DNA of 64,000 nt from an uncultured Candidatus Saccharibacteria bacterium (GCA_964350165.1 CAYGJA010000001.1:86823-150822), one strand, 5' to 3'. Positions 19,772 to 29,156 are shown, numbered from the stretch's first letter. Notes: a model not told the origin generated them from the letters alone. Translations and numbers: made by a program.

Positions 19772-21003
19772 ATCTGAAACTCTCCGTCTTTGTAAATAAT
19801 CTGACTACGCCCATCTTTCCAATGAGCGGTCGCCACTCGGTCTGAAGTAGACATGATGTCCGTATGCACAGCTGAGTCATTGTAACCAAGTCTCTTCCAT
19901 TCTTCAGCCGAAACAGTAGAAGGGTCTCCATCATAAGCATCTTTGTATGCACGACCCAAAGCAACATGAGTGTTTCCATATTTACCACCAACATTCTCGT
20001 CATAAAGTGTTTCTCCCATAAACTCAGTAATCCTAGAAAGCCTTTTGTCTGTCAAAGAAAATTCTCCAACCTTGTCAGCATTTTTAACAGCTATCATTTC
20101 CCTAAGAATATCTTGACCGCTCTCTGCTGTCGCTTTGATCACCTTTCCTTTTTTAAATTCCAGAGCGACTCCGGTAATTAAATTCCCATATCTATAGAGT
20201 GGTTGATTAAACTTTATTTTACCTTCTGTCTGCCTCCAATCAGGAGATGTAAAAACCTCAAAACTTGGAATATTTCTTCCTGATCCACCCAGCCATTTTG
20301 TTTTTGGTGGTAAACCAACCCACAAATCAACGCCCTCTCCTTCTATATGAATCCGCTCAATTTTCATTTTGCTTAGTTTTCGTGCCAAACGGGCGACCTC
20401 TTTGAGTATTTTTTTGTTTTCAGCAACAGGATCTTCCTGATCCAAGTAGCAAGCCTTTATAATCTGATCCCAATACTTTTTTTGACTCATTCCAACCTCT
20501 GCAGCCAAAGCTGGAGTACCGTATAGCCCAAGAGTCCAAGTAAACTTTCCAACTGCTTCTTTCTCGTCATACCAATCACTTATTTCTTTTGTGCTCTTGG
20601 TTGACAGCATTATTTTTTTTGGATCAACACCCCTTAAGGCATATTTGTCACTAGGAGCAATAATGCTAATGCTGTGGTCGACAGTATCAACAAGACCTCT
20701 CCAGTATTTTTTAGGTACGTGCTTAATTTGAGCGTCACTAGCCAGGCCATAAAAGTTCTTTGAGAAGTTAAATTCTTCATCATTAGAAGGCAAAAAAACT
20801 GACATGAAATGTCCTCCCGCTTCCAGGACTGATTGCTGTAATGCAAACAACATGGGTTTGGCTATCTCTGGCACGATCACGCGAACGACATCTCCCTTTT
20901 TAATTCCTTTCCCATTATTAAGCGCACACTTTACGAGAACATCTGCGTATTTCTTTATTGTTTTATATTCAGGATGAAACGGCTTTTGTTTTTTTGTGGT
21001 CAT
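19768..21003 (-). CDS. Aminopeptidase, peptidase family M29 (AmpS/PepS-like)
   Basis: 411 aa; the N-terminal YADVLVKCALNNGKGIKKGDVVRV...ALQQSVLEAGGH pattern is typical of M29 aminopeptidases. Confidence 0.7.
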   Translation of the reverse strand: MTTKKQKPFHPEYKTIKKYADVLVKCALNNGKGIKKGDVVRVIVPEIAKPMLFALQQSVLEAGGHFMSVFLPSNDEEFNFSKNFYGLASDAQIKHVPKKYWRGLVDTVDHSISIIAPSDKYALRGVDPKKIMLSTKSTKEISDWYDEKEAVGKFTWTLGLYGTPALAAEVGMSQKKYWDQIIKACYLDQEDPVAENKKILKEVARLARKLSKMKIERIHIEGEGVDLWVGLPPKTKWLGGSGRNIPSFEVFTSPDWRQTEGKIKFNQPLYRYGNLITGVALEFKKGKVIKATAESGQDILREMIAVKNADKVGEFSLTDKRLSRITEFMGETLYDENVGGKYGNTHVALGRAYKDAYDGDPSTVSAEEWKRLGYNDSAVHTDIMSTSDRVATAHWKDGRSQIIYKDGEFQI

Positions 21004-21014
21004 ATTTTTTAAAT

Positions 21015-22433
21015 TTATTTATCTGATTTACGCATAATAACACCTAGCTCGTCGAGCTGCTTTTGGCTCACCGTAGTCGGCGCGCCCATCATCAGATCCT
21101 TGCCTTCTCCTGTCTTGGCAAAAGGAATCACTTCGCGGATATTAGGTTCATCCTGGAGCAACATGACCAAACGATCAAAGCCCCAAGCAATCCCGCCATG
21201 TGGCGGAGTTCCCGAAGCCAGAGCCCGCAACATGTGCCCAAATTTCTGCTCGATAGCTTCGCTGCTGTGACCCAGAATTTCAAAGACACGCTTTAATACT
21301 TCTGGCTTGTGAGCCCGGATGCTTCCTCCGCCAATTTCGAATCCATTGAGAATTACGTCATACTGGCTGGTCAAAATTTCACCAATTTTTTCCCCGGCCA
21401 TGAGGTTGTCTAGGAATTCTGGCTTGGGCTGAGAAAATGGATTGTGAGTAAAGGTCCACTCGCCTTCCGCCTGCGGATCGTCAGAATCATCGGTTCGCTC
21501 AAAGAAAGGAAAATCAATCACCCAAGCAAAAGCTAGCAAGTCTGAATCATTCTTGTCTTCGCGCAAGTCTGGTCGGTCATTACCATATTTTTCCATCGCT
21601 TCGGCATAGGTCAATCGCGGGAATGGTTTTTCCTGGATGCGCTTGTTTGGATACAGTTCTTCTACCAAGGCAATCAAGACGGCTTCGTTAATAGCCATCA
21701 CATCTTCTCGTTCCACAAAACTCATTTCGAGGTCCATCTGCGTGAATTCTGGCTGACGGTCACCGCGAGTATCTTCGTCACGGAGACAGCGGGCAAATTG
21801 GAAATATCGCTCCATGCCAGCCGTCATCAAGAGCTGCTTGTACTGCTGTGGTGATTGCGGCAGGGCGTAGAAATTCCCCGGCCACAACCGAGCGGGCACC
21901 AAATAGTCGCGCGCGCCCTCGGGAGTCGGCGCAGTCAGTAGTGGTGTTTCGATTTCGGTAAAGTTTTCTTTATCCAAATAATCACGGACGAATTTCTGGA
22001 TTTGATAGCGGCGGCGGATATTCTGCTGCATGCGTTCGGTGCGGAGATCAACATACCGATGCTTCAACCTGACCTCTTCGCTGATACCAGCCGAGCTTTC
22101 GGTTACTTCGAATGGTGGTGTTTCGGCTTCGTTCAGCACTTCCATTCCCAAAACCTCTAATTCGATGGTTCCGTTTTCCTGTTCAGCATTTACCATTTTT
22201 TCTGGGCGCTGGTTTACTTTACCCTGCACCATCACCACCCACTCGGGGCGGACGGTCTTGGCTACCTCAGTGGCTTCTGATCCGGGCAATACAATTCCCT
22301 GCACCAATCCTGTCATGTCACGGAAATCAAAAAACACCATCTTGCCCTGGTCACGTCGCACATGAATCCAGCCAGCAATAGTTACTTCCTGATCAACGTG
22401 GTCTTTTAGATCTTTTATATACGTTCGTTTCAT
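21015..22433 (-). CDS. aspS: Aspartyl-tRNA synthetase (compact form without the long GAD insertion)
   Basis: MKRTYIKDL...VTIAGWIHVRRDQG (OB-fold start) and FQFARCLRDEDTRGDRQPEFTQMDLEMSF (class II motif 2, AspRS type). The start is taken at the MKRTY Met; the ORF track begins 21 nt earlier. Confidence 0.85.
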   Translation of the reverse strand: MKRTYIKDLKDHVDQEVTIAGWIHVRRDQGKMVFFDFRDMTGLVQGIVLPGSEATEVAKTVRPEWVVMVQGKVNQRPEKMVNAEQENGTIELEVLGMEVLNEAETPPFEVTESSAGISEEVRLKHRYVDLRTERMQQNIRRRYQIQKFVRDYLDKENFTEIETPLLTAPTPEGARDYLVPARLWPGNFYALPQSPQQYKQLLMTAGMERYFQFARCLRDEDTRGDRQPEFTQMDLEMSFVEREDVMAINEAVLIALVEELYPNKRIQEKPFPRLTYAEAMEKYGNDRPDLREDKNDSDLLAFAWVIDFPFFERTDDSDDPQAEGEWTFTHNPFSQPKPEFLDNLMAGEKIGEILTSQYDVILNGFEIGGGSIRAHKPEVLKRVFEILGHSSEAIEQKFGHMLRALASGTPPHGGIAWGFDRLVMLLQDEPNIREVIPFAKTGEGKDLMMGAPTTVSQKQLDELGVIMRKSDK

Positions 22434-22654
22434 ATTTTTTAGCTTATCTCTCATGGATAAAATAAGTGTTTTTTAAAAGGCTTGCGGAGGCGCATAAAGC
22501 GCCGAGCAGAAAACTTGATTCGTACTTTTAAAAACTGGCTTATTTTATCAATGAGTTTTGCCAGTTTCTTCTCGGACGAAATCTCGCTTGGGCGCCCCAG
22601 CCAAACCCACCCGCCTGGCGCTCGGTTTGCCCGACAAGAAACTGTGTGAATAAT

Positions 22655-22850
22655 TTTTCCCAAAAACAAAATCGCCCTTACATGATTACCAAAAAATTGA
22701 TAAGCATGTAGGGACGATTGGTATCGCGGTGCCACCCTACTTCCCGATTGCTCGGGCTCTTTTGGGATTCTGTTGTCCACCTCGACCAGGGTCACAGACT
22801 GGTGTCATTGATGTGTGGTTATTATAGATAAGGAAAAAATTAAATCAATC
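22655..22850 (-). promoter_or_regulatory. T-box riboswitch leader of aspS: promoter, stem I region, T-box sequence and terminator
   Basis: Minus strand: TTGATT-16-TATAAT promoter (about 22821-22848), then gggaAGUAGGGUGGCACCGCGauacc, which matches the T-box consensus AAUUAGGGUGGNACCGCG. This is followed by the hairpin cgtccctacatg...catgtaagggcg plus auuuuguuuuu (about 22659-22718). Confidence 0.6.
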
Positions 22851-23814
22851 CCACTGCTTTTTTCACCTCTTCCATTTTGGCGCCAGCTACTTCGTTGGCG
22901 CGAGCGGCTCCCTGGGCCAGAATATCCGCTACTCGAGCTGGGTCTTTTTCATATATTTCCCGGCGCTCGCGCATGGGTTCGATAAATTCGCGTAATTGTG
23001 CGAACAATAATTCCTTGGCTTCTTTGTACCCCATTTCCCCACTGGCGTAGCGTTGTTTTTGATAGCTTAGCTGGTCGCTTTCTAGGAACAGGCTGATGAG
23101 GGTAAATAGCGTATCGCTGGCATCATTGGGTGAACCCTTTGGGTTGGATCCAGTCACTACGCCCATAACAGCAGACAGGATTTCCTCGTCGCTAGCAAAC
23201 AACGGAATAGTGTTGCCATAGCTTTTGGACATTTTTTGACCATCGACACCAGGCACCACGGCTACTTCGTCCATGATCAAGGCTTCGGGTGATTTGAAAA
23301 TTTCGTTGTTCCATGTCCGGTGAAATTTTTCGGCAGTGTCCCGAGTGTATTCGATGTGCTGTTTTTGATCTTGCCCTACCGGCACTACGTCGGCGCTGTA
23401 CAGCAGAATATCGGTAGCCATTAGCATGGGGTAATTAAAGGTCCCGACACTGATATCTTTGTTCTTGGCTTCGGAATCCTTGAAGGCATGCGCTCGCATC
23501 AAGAACGGCATAGTGGTAATACATTCGAATATCCAGGCCAATTCCGCATGATACGCGACGTCTGATTGTCGGAATATCGTGACTCGGTCTGGATCTAGTC
23601 CGCTCCCCAAATAATCCAGGACTAATTCATGGGTAAAGTGTCGGAGCAAATCGGCATCCTGGACCGTGGTCAAAGCATGGAGGTCCGCCACCATAACAAA
23701 AGTATCGTATTCGTTCTGCAGCGATACGAACTGGCGCAAAGCGCCGAGGTAGTTCCCAAGATGCGGTCGGCCTGTTGGTTTGATTCCTGACAGGAGGCGT
23801 TTTTGTGTTTGCAT
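22840..23814 (-). CDS. trpS: Tryptophanyl-tRNA synthetase
   Basis: MQTQKRLLSGIKPTGRPHLGNYLGA (HIGH-region equivalent) and KMSKS. The start is taken at the MQTQ Met. Confidence 0.85.
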   Translation of the reverse strand: MQTQKRLLSGIKPTGRPHLGNYLGALRQFVSLQNEYDTFVMVADLHALTTVQDADLLRHFTHELVLDYLGSGLDPDRVTIFRQSDVAYHAELAWIFECITTMPFLMRAHAFKDSEAKNKDISVGTFNYPMLMATDILLYSADVVPVGQDQKQHIEYTRDTAEKFHRTWNNEIFKSPEALIMDEVAVVPGVDGQKMSKSYGNTIPLFASDEEILSAVMGVVTGSNPKGSPNDASDTLFTLISLFLESDQLSYQKQRYASGEMGYKEAKELLFAQLREFIEPMRERREIYEKDPARVADILAQGAARANEVAGAKMEEVKKAVGLI

Positions 23815-23846
23815 AGGGTTAGTATAACAAAGGCTAAGCAAAAAAA

Positions 23847-23890
23847 TAAAGCCCTCCTCCTAAAAAAATAGGGGAGGGCTCTCACTACTA
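23847..23890 (-). terminator. Intrinsic terminator hairpin inside the trpS 5' leader (candidate attenuator)
   Basis: Minus strand: gagagccctcccc-tattttttt-aggaggagggct + ttatttttttg, downstream of a TTGACA-17-TATTAT promoter and about 40 nt upstream of the trpS ATG. Confidence 0.45.
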
Positions 23891-24012
23891 CCACTAAACT
23901 TATCGGTATAATAACAGACATGGTTTTTTTGTCAAGCACTTTGTCCACTCTTTGCACAGGGCGGGGGTTGCAGACGGTTGGGAGACCTAGATGGTACAAT
24001 CGGAATACCAAT

Positions 24013-25431
24013 ATGGCCAAAGAGTACGAAAAGAAAAAACCAGCTGCCCGCCCCAACCTGGCGGGCCGTGTTCCACCCAACAGTATCGAGGCCGAACAAG
24101 CCCTCCTGGGTGGTCTGATGCTGCGCCCGGTGGCCTTGTCTGACATTATGGACAGCGTATCTGCCGATTCTTTTTATTCTGGCAAGCATCGCAAAATATT
24201 TGAAACCATGATGGAGCTGTTCCAAAAAAACGAGCCCATCGACCTCGTCACCGTTAGTGGACGTCTTCGCGACAAAAACGAACTCGCCCAAACAGGCGGT
24301 GCCTCCTACTTGGCTGAACTCACTAACCTAGTCCCCGCTTCCATTAATGTCAACTATTACGCGGAATTAGTTAGTCGCAAAAGCGCGCTTCGCAACCTAA
24401 TCGTGGTTGGCGACGAGCTCAGCCAGCTGGGATACACCGAATCTGAGGATATCGAAGAGATAATGGACCAAGCCGAGAAAAAAGTTTTTGCTATCACCAG
24501 CAATTCCGGCAAAAACGCCCGCTTTGTTGGTATCAAGGAAATCCTTCCCGAAGTTTGGGAAAACATGGAAAAACTCAGCAACATGGATGGCGAGATTCGC
24601 GGTGTGCCAAGTGGCTTTCCTGATCTGGACAACAAACTCGCCGGCTTTCAAAAATCAGACCTGGTCATTTTGGCAGCCAGGCCTTCTATGGGAAAGACCT
24701 CTCTTGCCCTCGACATCGCCCGCCAAGCCACGTTGCACCACAACATACCAGTGGGCTTCTTTTCGCTCGAAATGAGTTCTCAGGCGCTCGTAGACCGCAT
24801 GTTATCGGCCGAAGCAGGGGTTGATTCTTGGAAAATGCGCACCGGAAAAGCCCTTACCGAAGATGATTATGAAAAAATCCAAGGCGCCATGTCCAGGCTT
24901 TCAAAAGCCCCCCTGTATATTGATGACCAACCTGGCTCCACCATGCTACGCATGCGTTCGGTCGCCAGACGTCTCAAGAGTGACCATGGGCTTGGAATGA
25001 TTATGGTCGACTATCTCCAACTCATTCTTCCCGGACAACGTTATGATTCGATGGTAAATCAAATCACCGAAATTTCCCGCGCCCTCAAAAACCTTGCCCG
25101 CGAGCTCGACGTCCCTGTCATCGCTCTGTCACAGCTCTCTCGTGCCGTCGAAGCCCGTGGCGGCAAGCCTCGCCTATCCGACCTTCGCGACTCTGGTGCC
25201 ATTGAACAAGACGCCGACGTGGTGATGTTTATTCACCGTGAAAAAAACGAAGACGGTGGCGGTCGTACCAACGCTGCCGAAGTACTTATCGAGAAACACC
25301 GTAACGGCCCCACTGGAATCGTGCAGCTCTACTTTGATGCCGACAAGACCAGCTTTGTTTCCATTGACTCATCCGAATACGAAGGCATGCCTCCGTCATC
25401 GCAACCAGCCGAAGTTTTTGGCGGTTTTTAA
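24013..25431 (+). CDS. dnaB: Replicative DNA helicase DnaB
   Basis: PPNSIEAEQALLGGLM N-terminal motif, Walker A GFPDLD...ARPSMGKTS and the RecA-like C-terminal motifs. The start is taken at MAKEYEK. Confidence 0.85.
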   Translation: MAKEYEKKKPAARPNLAGRVPPNSIEAEQALLGGLMLRPVALSDIMDSVSADSFYSGKHRKIFETMMELFQKNEPIDLVTVSGRLRDKNELAQTGGASYLAELTNLVPASINVNYYAELVSRKSALRNLIVVGDELSQLGYTESEDIEEIMDQAEKKVFAITSNSGKNARFVGIKEILPEVWENMEKLSNMDGEIRGVPSGFPDLDNKLAGFQKSDLVILAARPSMGKTSLALDIARQATLHHNIPVGFFSLEMSSQALVDRMLSAEAGVDSWKMRTGKALTEDDYEKIQGAMSRLSKAPLYIDDQPGSTMLRMRSVARRLKSDHGLGMIMVDYLQLILPGQRYDSMVNQITEISRALKNLARELDVPVIALSQLSRAVEARGGKPRLSDLRDSGAIEQDADVVMFIHREKNEDGGGRTNAAEVLIEKHRNGPTGIVQLYFDADKTSFVSIDSSEYEGMPPSSQPAEVFGGF

Positions 25432-25440
25432 TTTTTCTGT

Positions 25441-26055
25441 ATGCAAGAATTCGATCAACTCGTAGAACATTTGCGCAAATTTCCTGGCGTCGGCAATCGC
25501 CAGGCTCGGCGTTTTGCTTATTTTTTATTGCGTAGCAATCGTTCGTATACTGACGAACTCGTGTCTCTCTTACGCCAGAACAAAACCCACATGAAATTAT
25601 GCCCGGTGAGTTTTCAATATTTTTATAGCGATAATCCAGCAACAACCACCGCCCCAATTGTGCGCGATCCTAATCGTGACCGTAGCACGCTCATGATCGT
25701 AACCAAAGACATGGACATCGAAGCTGTCGAACAGACCCATGTTTACAAAGGTTGGTATTTTGTCCTTGGTGGCCTGGTCCCGATTGTTTCATCTCGGTCT
25801 CCGGTTCAACTTCGTATCGATGACCTCAAAGAACAAATAACCAAGCGCTCGGGAGAAATCAAAGAAGTTATCTTTGGGCTCCCTCTCACGCCAGATGGCG
25901 AACACACCAGACAACACCTCCAGGCACTCCTGGACCCCCTTTCACGTGAACACGGCTTTGCCATGAGCACCCTAGGCCGTGGACTATCTACCGGAACCGA
26001 GCTCGAATACATAGACGAAGCAACGTTTACCAATGCCCTCACCAATCGCGGATAA
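25441..26055 (+). CDS. recR: Recombination protein RecR (divergent)
   Basis: LVEHLRKFPGVGNRQARRFAYFLL (helix-hairpin-helix) and a Toprim-like central region. The zinc-finger cysteines are partly missing. Confidence 0.7.
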   Translation: MQEFDQLVEHLRKFPGVGNRQARRFAYFLLRSNRSYTDELVSLLRQNKTHMKLCPVSFQYFYSDNPATTTAPIVRDPNRDRSTLMIVTKDMDIEAVEQTHVYKGWYFVLGGLVPIVSSRSPVQLRIDDLKEQITKRSGEIKEVIFGLPLTPDGEHTRQHLQALLDPLSREHGFAMSTLGRGLSTGTELEYIDEATFTNALTNRG

Positions 26056-26125
26056 TTAAAATTATACAAAACAAAAACCCCTGGTCTAATCAGGAGTTTT
26101 TGTAAAAGGAGAATGAAAAAATGTT

Positions 26126-26461
26126 TTATTTGATGGCTGCGATTTTGATCTTGGTGAAGGGCTGTCGGTGACCATACGTACGGGTGTAGCGAGACTTGGC
26201 TCGGAACCGGTGTACGCGGGTTTTGGCTCCCTGTCCTTCGTCTTCAAAAATCCCTTGGACTTCGGCTCCTGAGACATACGGTGCGCCAACCTTGGTATCA
26301 GCACCTGTATCCACCAAAAGAACCTTGTCAAAAGTGATCTTATCGCCAGACTTAAAGCCTTCGTAGTGTTTATCAAGCATGATCACATCACCGACGGCAA
26401 CTTTGTATTGTTTGCCTGCGGTTTCAATGACTGCAAATTCTTTGGTTTCTGTATTTGCCAT
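26126..26461 (-). CDS. rplU: 50S ribosomal protein L21
   Basis: FAVIETAGKQYKVAVGDVIMLDK is the L21 N-terminal signature. The start is taken at the MANTETK Met. A TTGCAA-17-TATAAT promoter lies immediately upstream. Confidence 0.85.
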   Translation of the reverse strand: MANTETKEFAVIETAGKQYKVAVGDVIMLDKHYEGFKSGDKITFDKVLLVDTGADTKVGAPYVSGAEVQGIFEDEGQGAKTRVHRFRAKSRYTRTYGHRQPFTKIKIAAIK

Positions 26462-26536
26462 AACGTGTTCGATTATACGAATTCCCCACAATATTGCAAG
26501 CTCACCTTTCTCTTGACTAAAATAACTACACGTGTT

Positions 26537-26590
26537 TCTATCTGGAAAATCAAAATCAAAATCAAAATGGAAATCAAAATGGAAATGGAA
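26537..26590. repeat. Hexanucleotide A-tract tandem repeat (AAAATC)x3-4 / (GAAATG)x3
   Basis: aaaatcaaaatcaaaatcaaaatggaaatcaaaatggaaatggaaaag, read directly from the sequence. Confidence 0.6.
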
Positions 26591-26791
26591 AAGGGGCCAA
26601 GAAAGCTGGCCCCATCAAGGGTAACCCTCTACTTGTTGGTAGTAGGGGTGATTTTTTTTCTACTGTGGGGAGCCACGTTGGCAATAGACCCCCCACAAAG
26701 CTTGGCCATTGAGCTGTTGGCCCAATGGAAACACGCCCTGTTTCTGACGGGGACAATGCTGGTGACAACCAGCACGTGGAGATGGTTCTAG
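26567..26791 (+). CDS. Possible 74-aa small membrane protein starting inside the hexanucleotide repeat
   Basis: MEIKMEMEKGPRK... followed by a TM helix (VTLYLLVVGVIFFLLWGATLAI). No SD, and overlapping antisense ORFs are also present, so this is speculative. Confidence 0.2.
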   Translation: MEIKMEMEKGPRKLAPSRVTLYLLVVGVIFFLLWGATLAIDPPQSLAIELLAQWKHALFLTGTMLVTTSTWRWF

Positions 26792-26860
26792 CCATCTTCT
26801 GGAAAAATAAAAGGAAGCACTCTCTAACGTGTCTTCCTTTTTTTGTAATATAATAAAACC

Positions 26861-27775
26861 ATGCAATTTTCTCATACGTACAAAAAAATCACCTGGACCA
26901 ATCTAGAAAAGCCGACCACCAACGAAGTTCGCGATCTCATGGAAAAATATGATCTGCACCCCGTAATTGCCGAAGAGCTTCTCGATCCTAGTATTCGCCC
27001 CAAAGTAGACCTCCACAAAAACTGCCTTTATCTCATTCTCCACTTTCCCAAACCTGGCAGCAGCCGTACTGGCGACACCCAAGAAGTCGATTTTATTATT
27101 GGCAAAGATTTCATCATCACCGCCCACTACGACACCGTCGACCCACTGCACACTTTTTCACGCATGTTCGAAGTGAATTCTATTCTCGACAAGAGCGAGA
27201 TGGGGGCACATGCTGGTTTTCTCTTTTTCTACATGATTAGAGACATCTACCGAGAACTCGGCCTTGAATTAAATGAGCTAGAAAAAGACCTACGCTACAT
27301 AGAAGAACGTATTTTTGGTGGCCAAGAAAAACGCATGGTCGAAAAAATATCTCGCACCAACCGTGCCCTTCTAGAGACCAAACAAGCCCTCCGTTTCCAT
27401 GCCAAAGTTCTAGAATCTCTCGAGCAAGCCGGAGCGGCTTTCTTTGGCAATGGCTTTGAGTATTATCTCGGATCAATAACCAACGAATATCACAAAGTCT
27501 ACGAAGTCGTATTAGGCCAAAAAGAGCTCATGGACGATCTACGTACCACCAACGATGCCCTCCTAACCAATCGCACCAACGACATCATGCGTGTTCTCAC
27601 CATCATCGCTTTTACAGTGACCCCCATCAATCTCGCTACCCAACTCTTGGCCATGAACACCGAAGTCTCTTTCTTGCAAAATGTAAGCGACGGGCCATTC
27701 TTTATTATCCTGGGCCTCACCAGTCTGTCTGCTCTGGGTATGTTTTACTACTTTAAAAAACAGCAATGGGTCTAG
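26861..27775 (+). CDS. corA: CorA-family divalent cation transporter (divergent GMN motif)
   Basis: 304 aa with two C-terminal TM helices and LAMNTE in the position of the CorA YGMNF motif. Confidence 0.6.
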   Translation: MQFSHTYKKITWTNLEKPTTNEVRDLMEKYDLHPVIAEELLDPSIRPKVDLHKNCLYLILHFPKPGSSRTGDTQEVDFIIGKDFIITAHYDTVDPLHTFSRMFEVNSILDKSEMGAHAGFLFFYMIRDIYRELGLELNELEKDLRYIEERIFGGQEKRMVEKISRTNRALLETKQALRFHAKVLESLEQAGAAFFGNGFEYYLGSITNEYHKVYEVVLGQKELMDDLRTTNDALLTNRTNDIMRVLTIIAFTVTPINLATQLLAMNTEVSFLQNVSDGPFFIILGLTSLSALGMFYYFKKQQWV

Positions 27776-27779
27776 AACT

Positions 27780-29156
27780 ATGGATATCCGCCTCTACAAC
27801 AGTCTGACAAAAAAAATAGAGTTATTCACTCCGCTCAAACCAGGCAAAGTAAAAATGTATCACTGTGGACCAACCGTCTACGACGATGTCCACATTGGCA
27901 ATCTGCGGGCTTTTTTCTTGGCGGACATTATTCGCCGGGTATTTGAATGGAATCAATACGAAGTCCTTCAGGTCATGAATATTACAGATGTTGGCCACCT
28001 CTCTGATGACGGCGACCATGGTGATGACAAAATGACCCGCGCCCTTGTTCGAGAGAAAAAAACCATCACCCTAGAATCCATGCTCGAAGTAGCCACCAAA
28101 TACAAAAGTCGTTTTGTGGAAGACCTCGACAGTATGAACATCCAGCGACCCCACCATTTGCCGAGAGCCAGCGAACACATTCAGGAAGACATCGCAATGA
28201 TAGAAAAATTAGCCAAAGCTGGTCACACCTACGAAACAGATGATTCTGTATATTTTGATACGCAAAGTTACCCAGACTATGGTCAACTAGGCCTCGCCCC
28301 CCTTGATGATAATCATTCTCGAACTGGAATAGATCAAGATAAAAAAAGCCCTCGCGATTTTGCTCTATGGAAAAAGAACAACAATCTCGGCTGGGAAAGC
28401 CCTTGGGGCAAAGGATTCCCTGGTTGGCATATCGAATGCTCGGGAATGTCTACCAAATTCCTGGGAAATCATTTTGATATTCATACCGGCGGCATCGATC
28501 TCCTCCCCACTCACCATAACAACGAGATTGCACAATCAGTCTGCAGTACCGAAGAACCCTTTGTGAATTATTGGCTACACAACGAACATTTGGGACTCAA
28601 AAATACAAAAATGTCTAAATCAACCGGGAACAGTATCACTCTGCGCACCCTAGCAAAAGAAGGTTTTTCTGGTCTTGATTATCGCTATTGGTTGCTTCAG
28701 AGCAGTTATCGTAGCCAAGTAGATTTCTCATTAGAAAATCTGACGGCTGCCAAAACCGCCCGAGAACGTCTCCAAAAACACGCAACAGCCGAGAGTCTCG
28801 CCGAAATCCCAGACGCCTCTCCCTATTGGCAAAAATTTACAGATGCTATCAACAACGACCTAGGCACACCCGAAGCTCTTGGCATTGCCTGGGAAGTAGC
28901 CAAAGACAAAAAGCTCTCAGATAATTTTCGTTCTTCTCTTTTGTTAAAATTCGACGAAGTACTTGGTGTTTTTGAAAATGACCAAGAAGCAGAAGCGCTA
29001 GAGATTCCAGAAATTGTACTATCCTTGGCCGAAGAGAGAGAAGAAGCTCGAGCTACGGGCGACTGGGATCAAGCTGATTTTTTGCGGACAGAAATCAGAA
29101 CCTATGGCTACACCATCGCCGACGGGCCAGACGGTACTACGTTTGAAAAAATCTAA
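27780..29156 (+). CDS. cysS: Cysteinyl-tRNA synthetase
   Basis: MYHCGPTVYDDVHIGN (HIGH region) and KMSKSTGN (KMSKS). Confidence 0.9.
   Translation: MDIRLYNSLTKKIELFTPLKPGKVKMYHCGPTVYDDVHIGNLRAFFLADIIRRVFEWNQYEVLQVMNITDVGHLSDDGDHGDDKMTRALVREKKTITLESMLEVATKYKSRFVEDLDSMNIQRPHHLPRASEHIQEDIAMIEKLAKAGHTYETDDSVYFDTQSYPDYGQLGLAPLDDNHSRTGIDQDKKSPRDFALWKKNNNLGWESPWGKGFPGWHIECSGMSTKFLGNHFDIHTGGIDLLPTHHNNEIAQSVCSTEEPFVNYWLHNEHLGLKNTKMSKSTGNSITLRTLAKEGFSGLDYRYWLLQSSYRSQVDFSLENLTAAKTARERLQKHATAESLAEIPDASPYWQKFTDAINNDLGTPEALGIAWEVAKDKKLSDNFRSSLLLKFDEVLGVFENDQEAEALEIPEIVLSLAEEREEARATGDWDQADFLRTEIRTYGYTIADGPDGTTFEKI

Noticed and set aside
22451-22795. 114-aa minus-strand ORF between aspS and trpS
   Set aside because: It spans the T-box sequence, its terminator and the structured spacer, and has no start context. 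It is best explained as a non-coding leader read in an open frame.
26537-26590. Short regularly spaced repeats considered as a possible CRISPR array
   Set aside because: The period is only 6 nt with no spacers. It is a simple hexanucleotide microsatellite, not a repeat-spacer array, and no cas genes are present.
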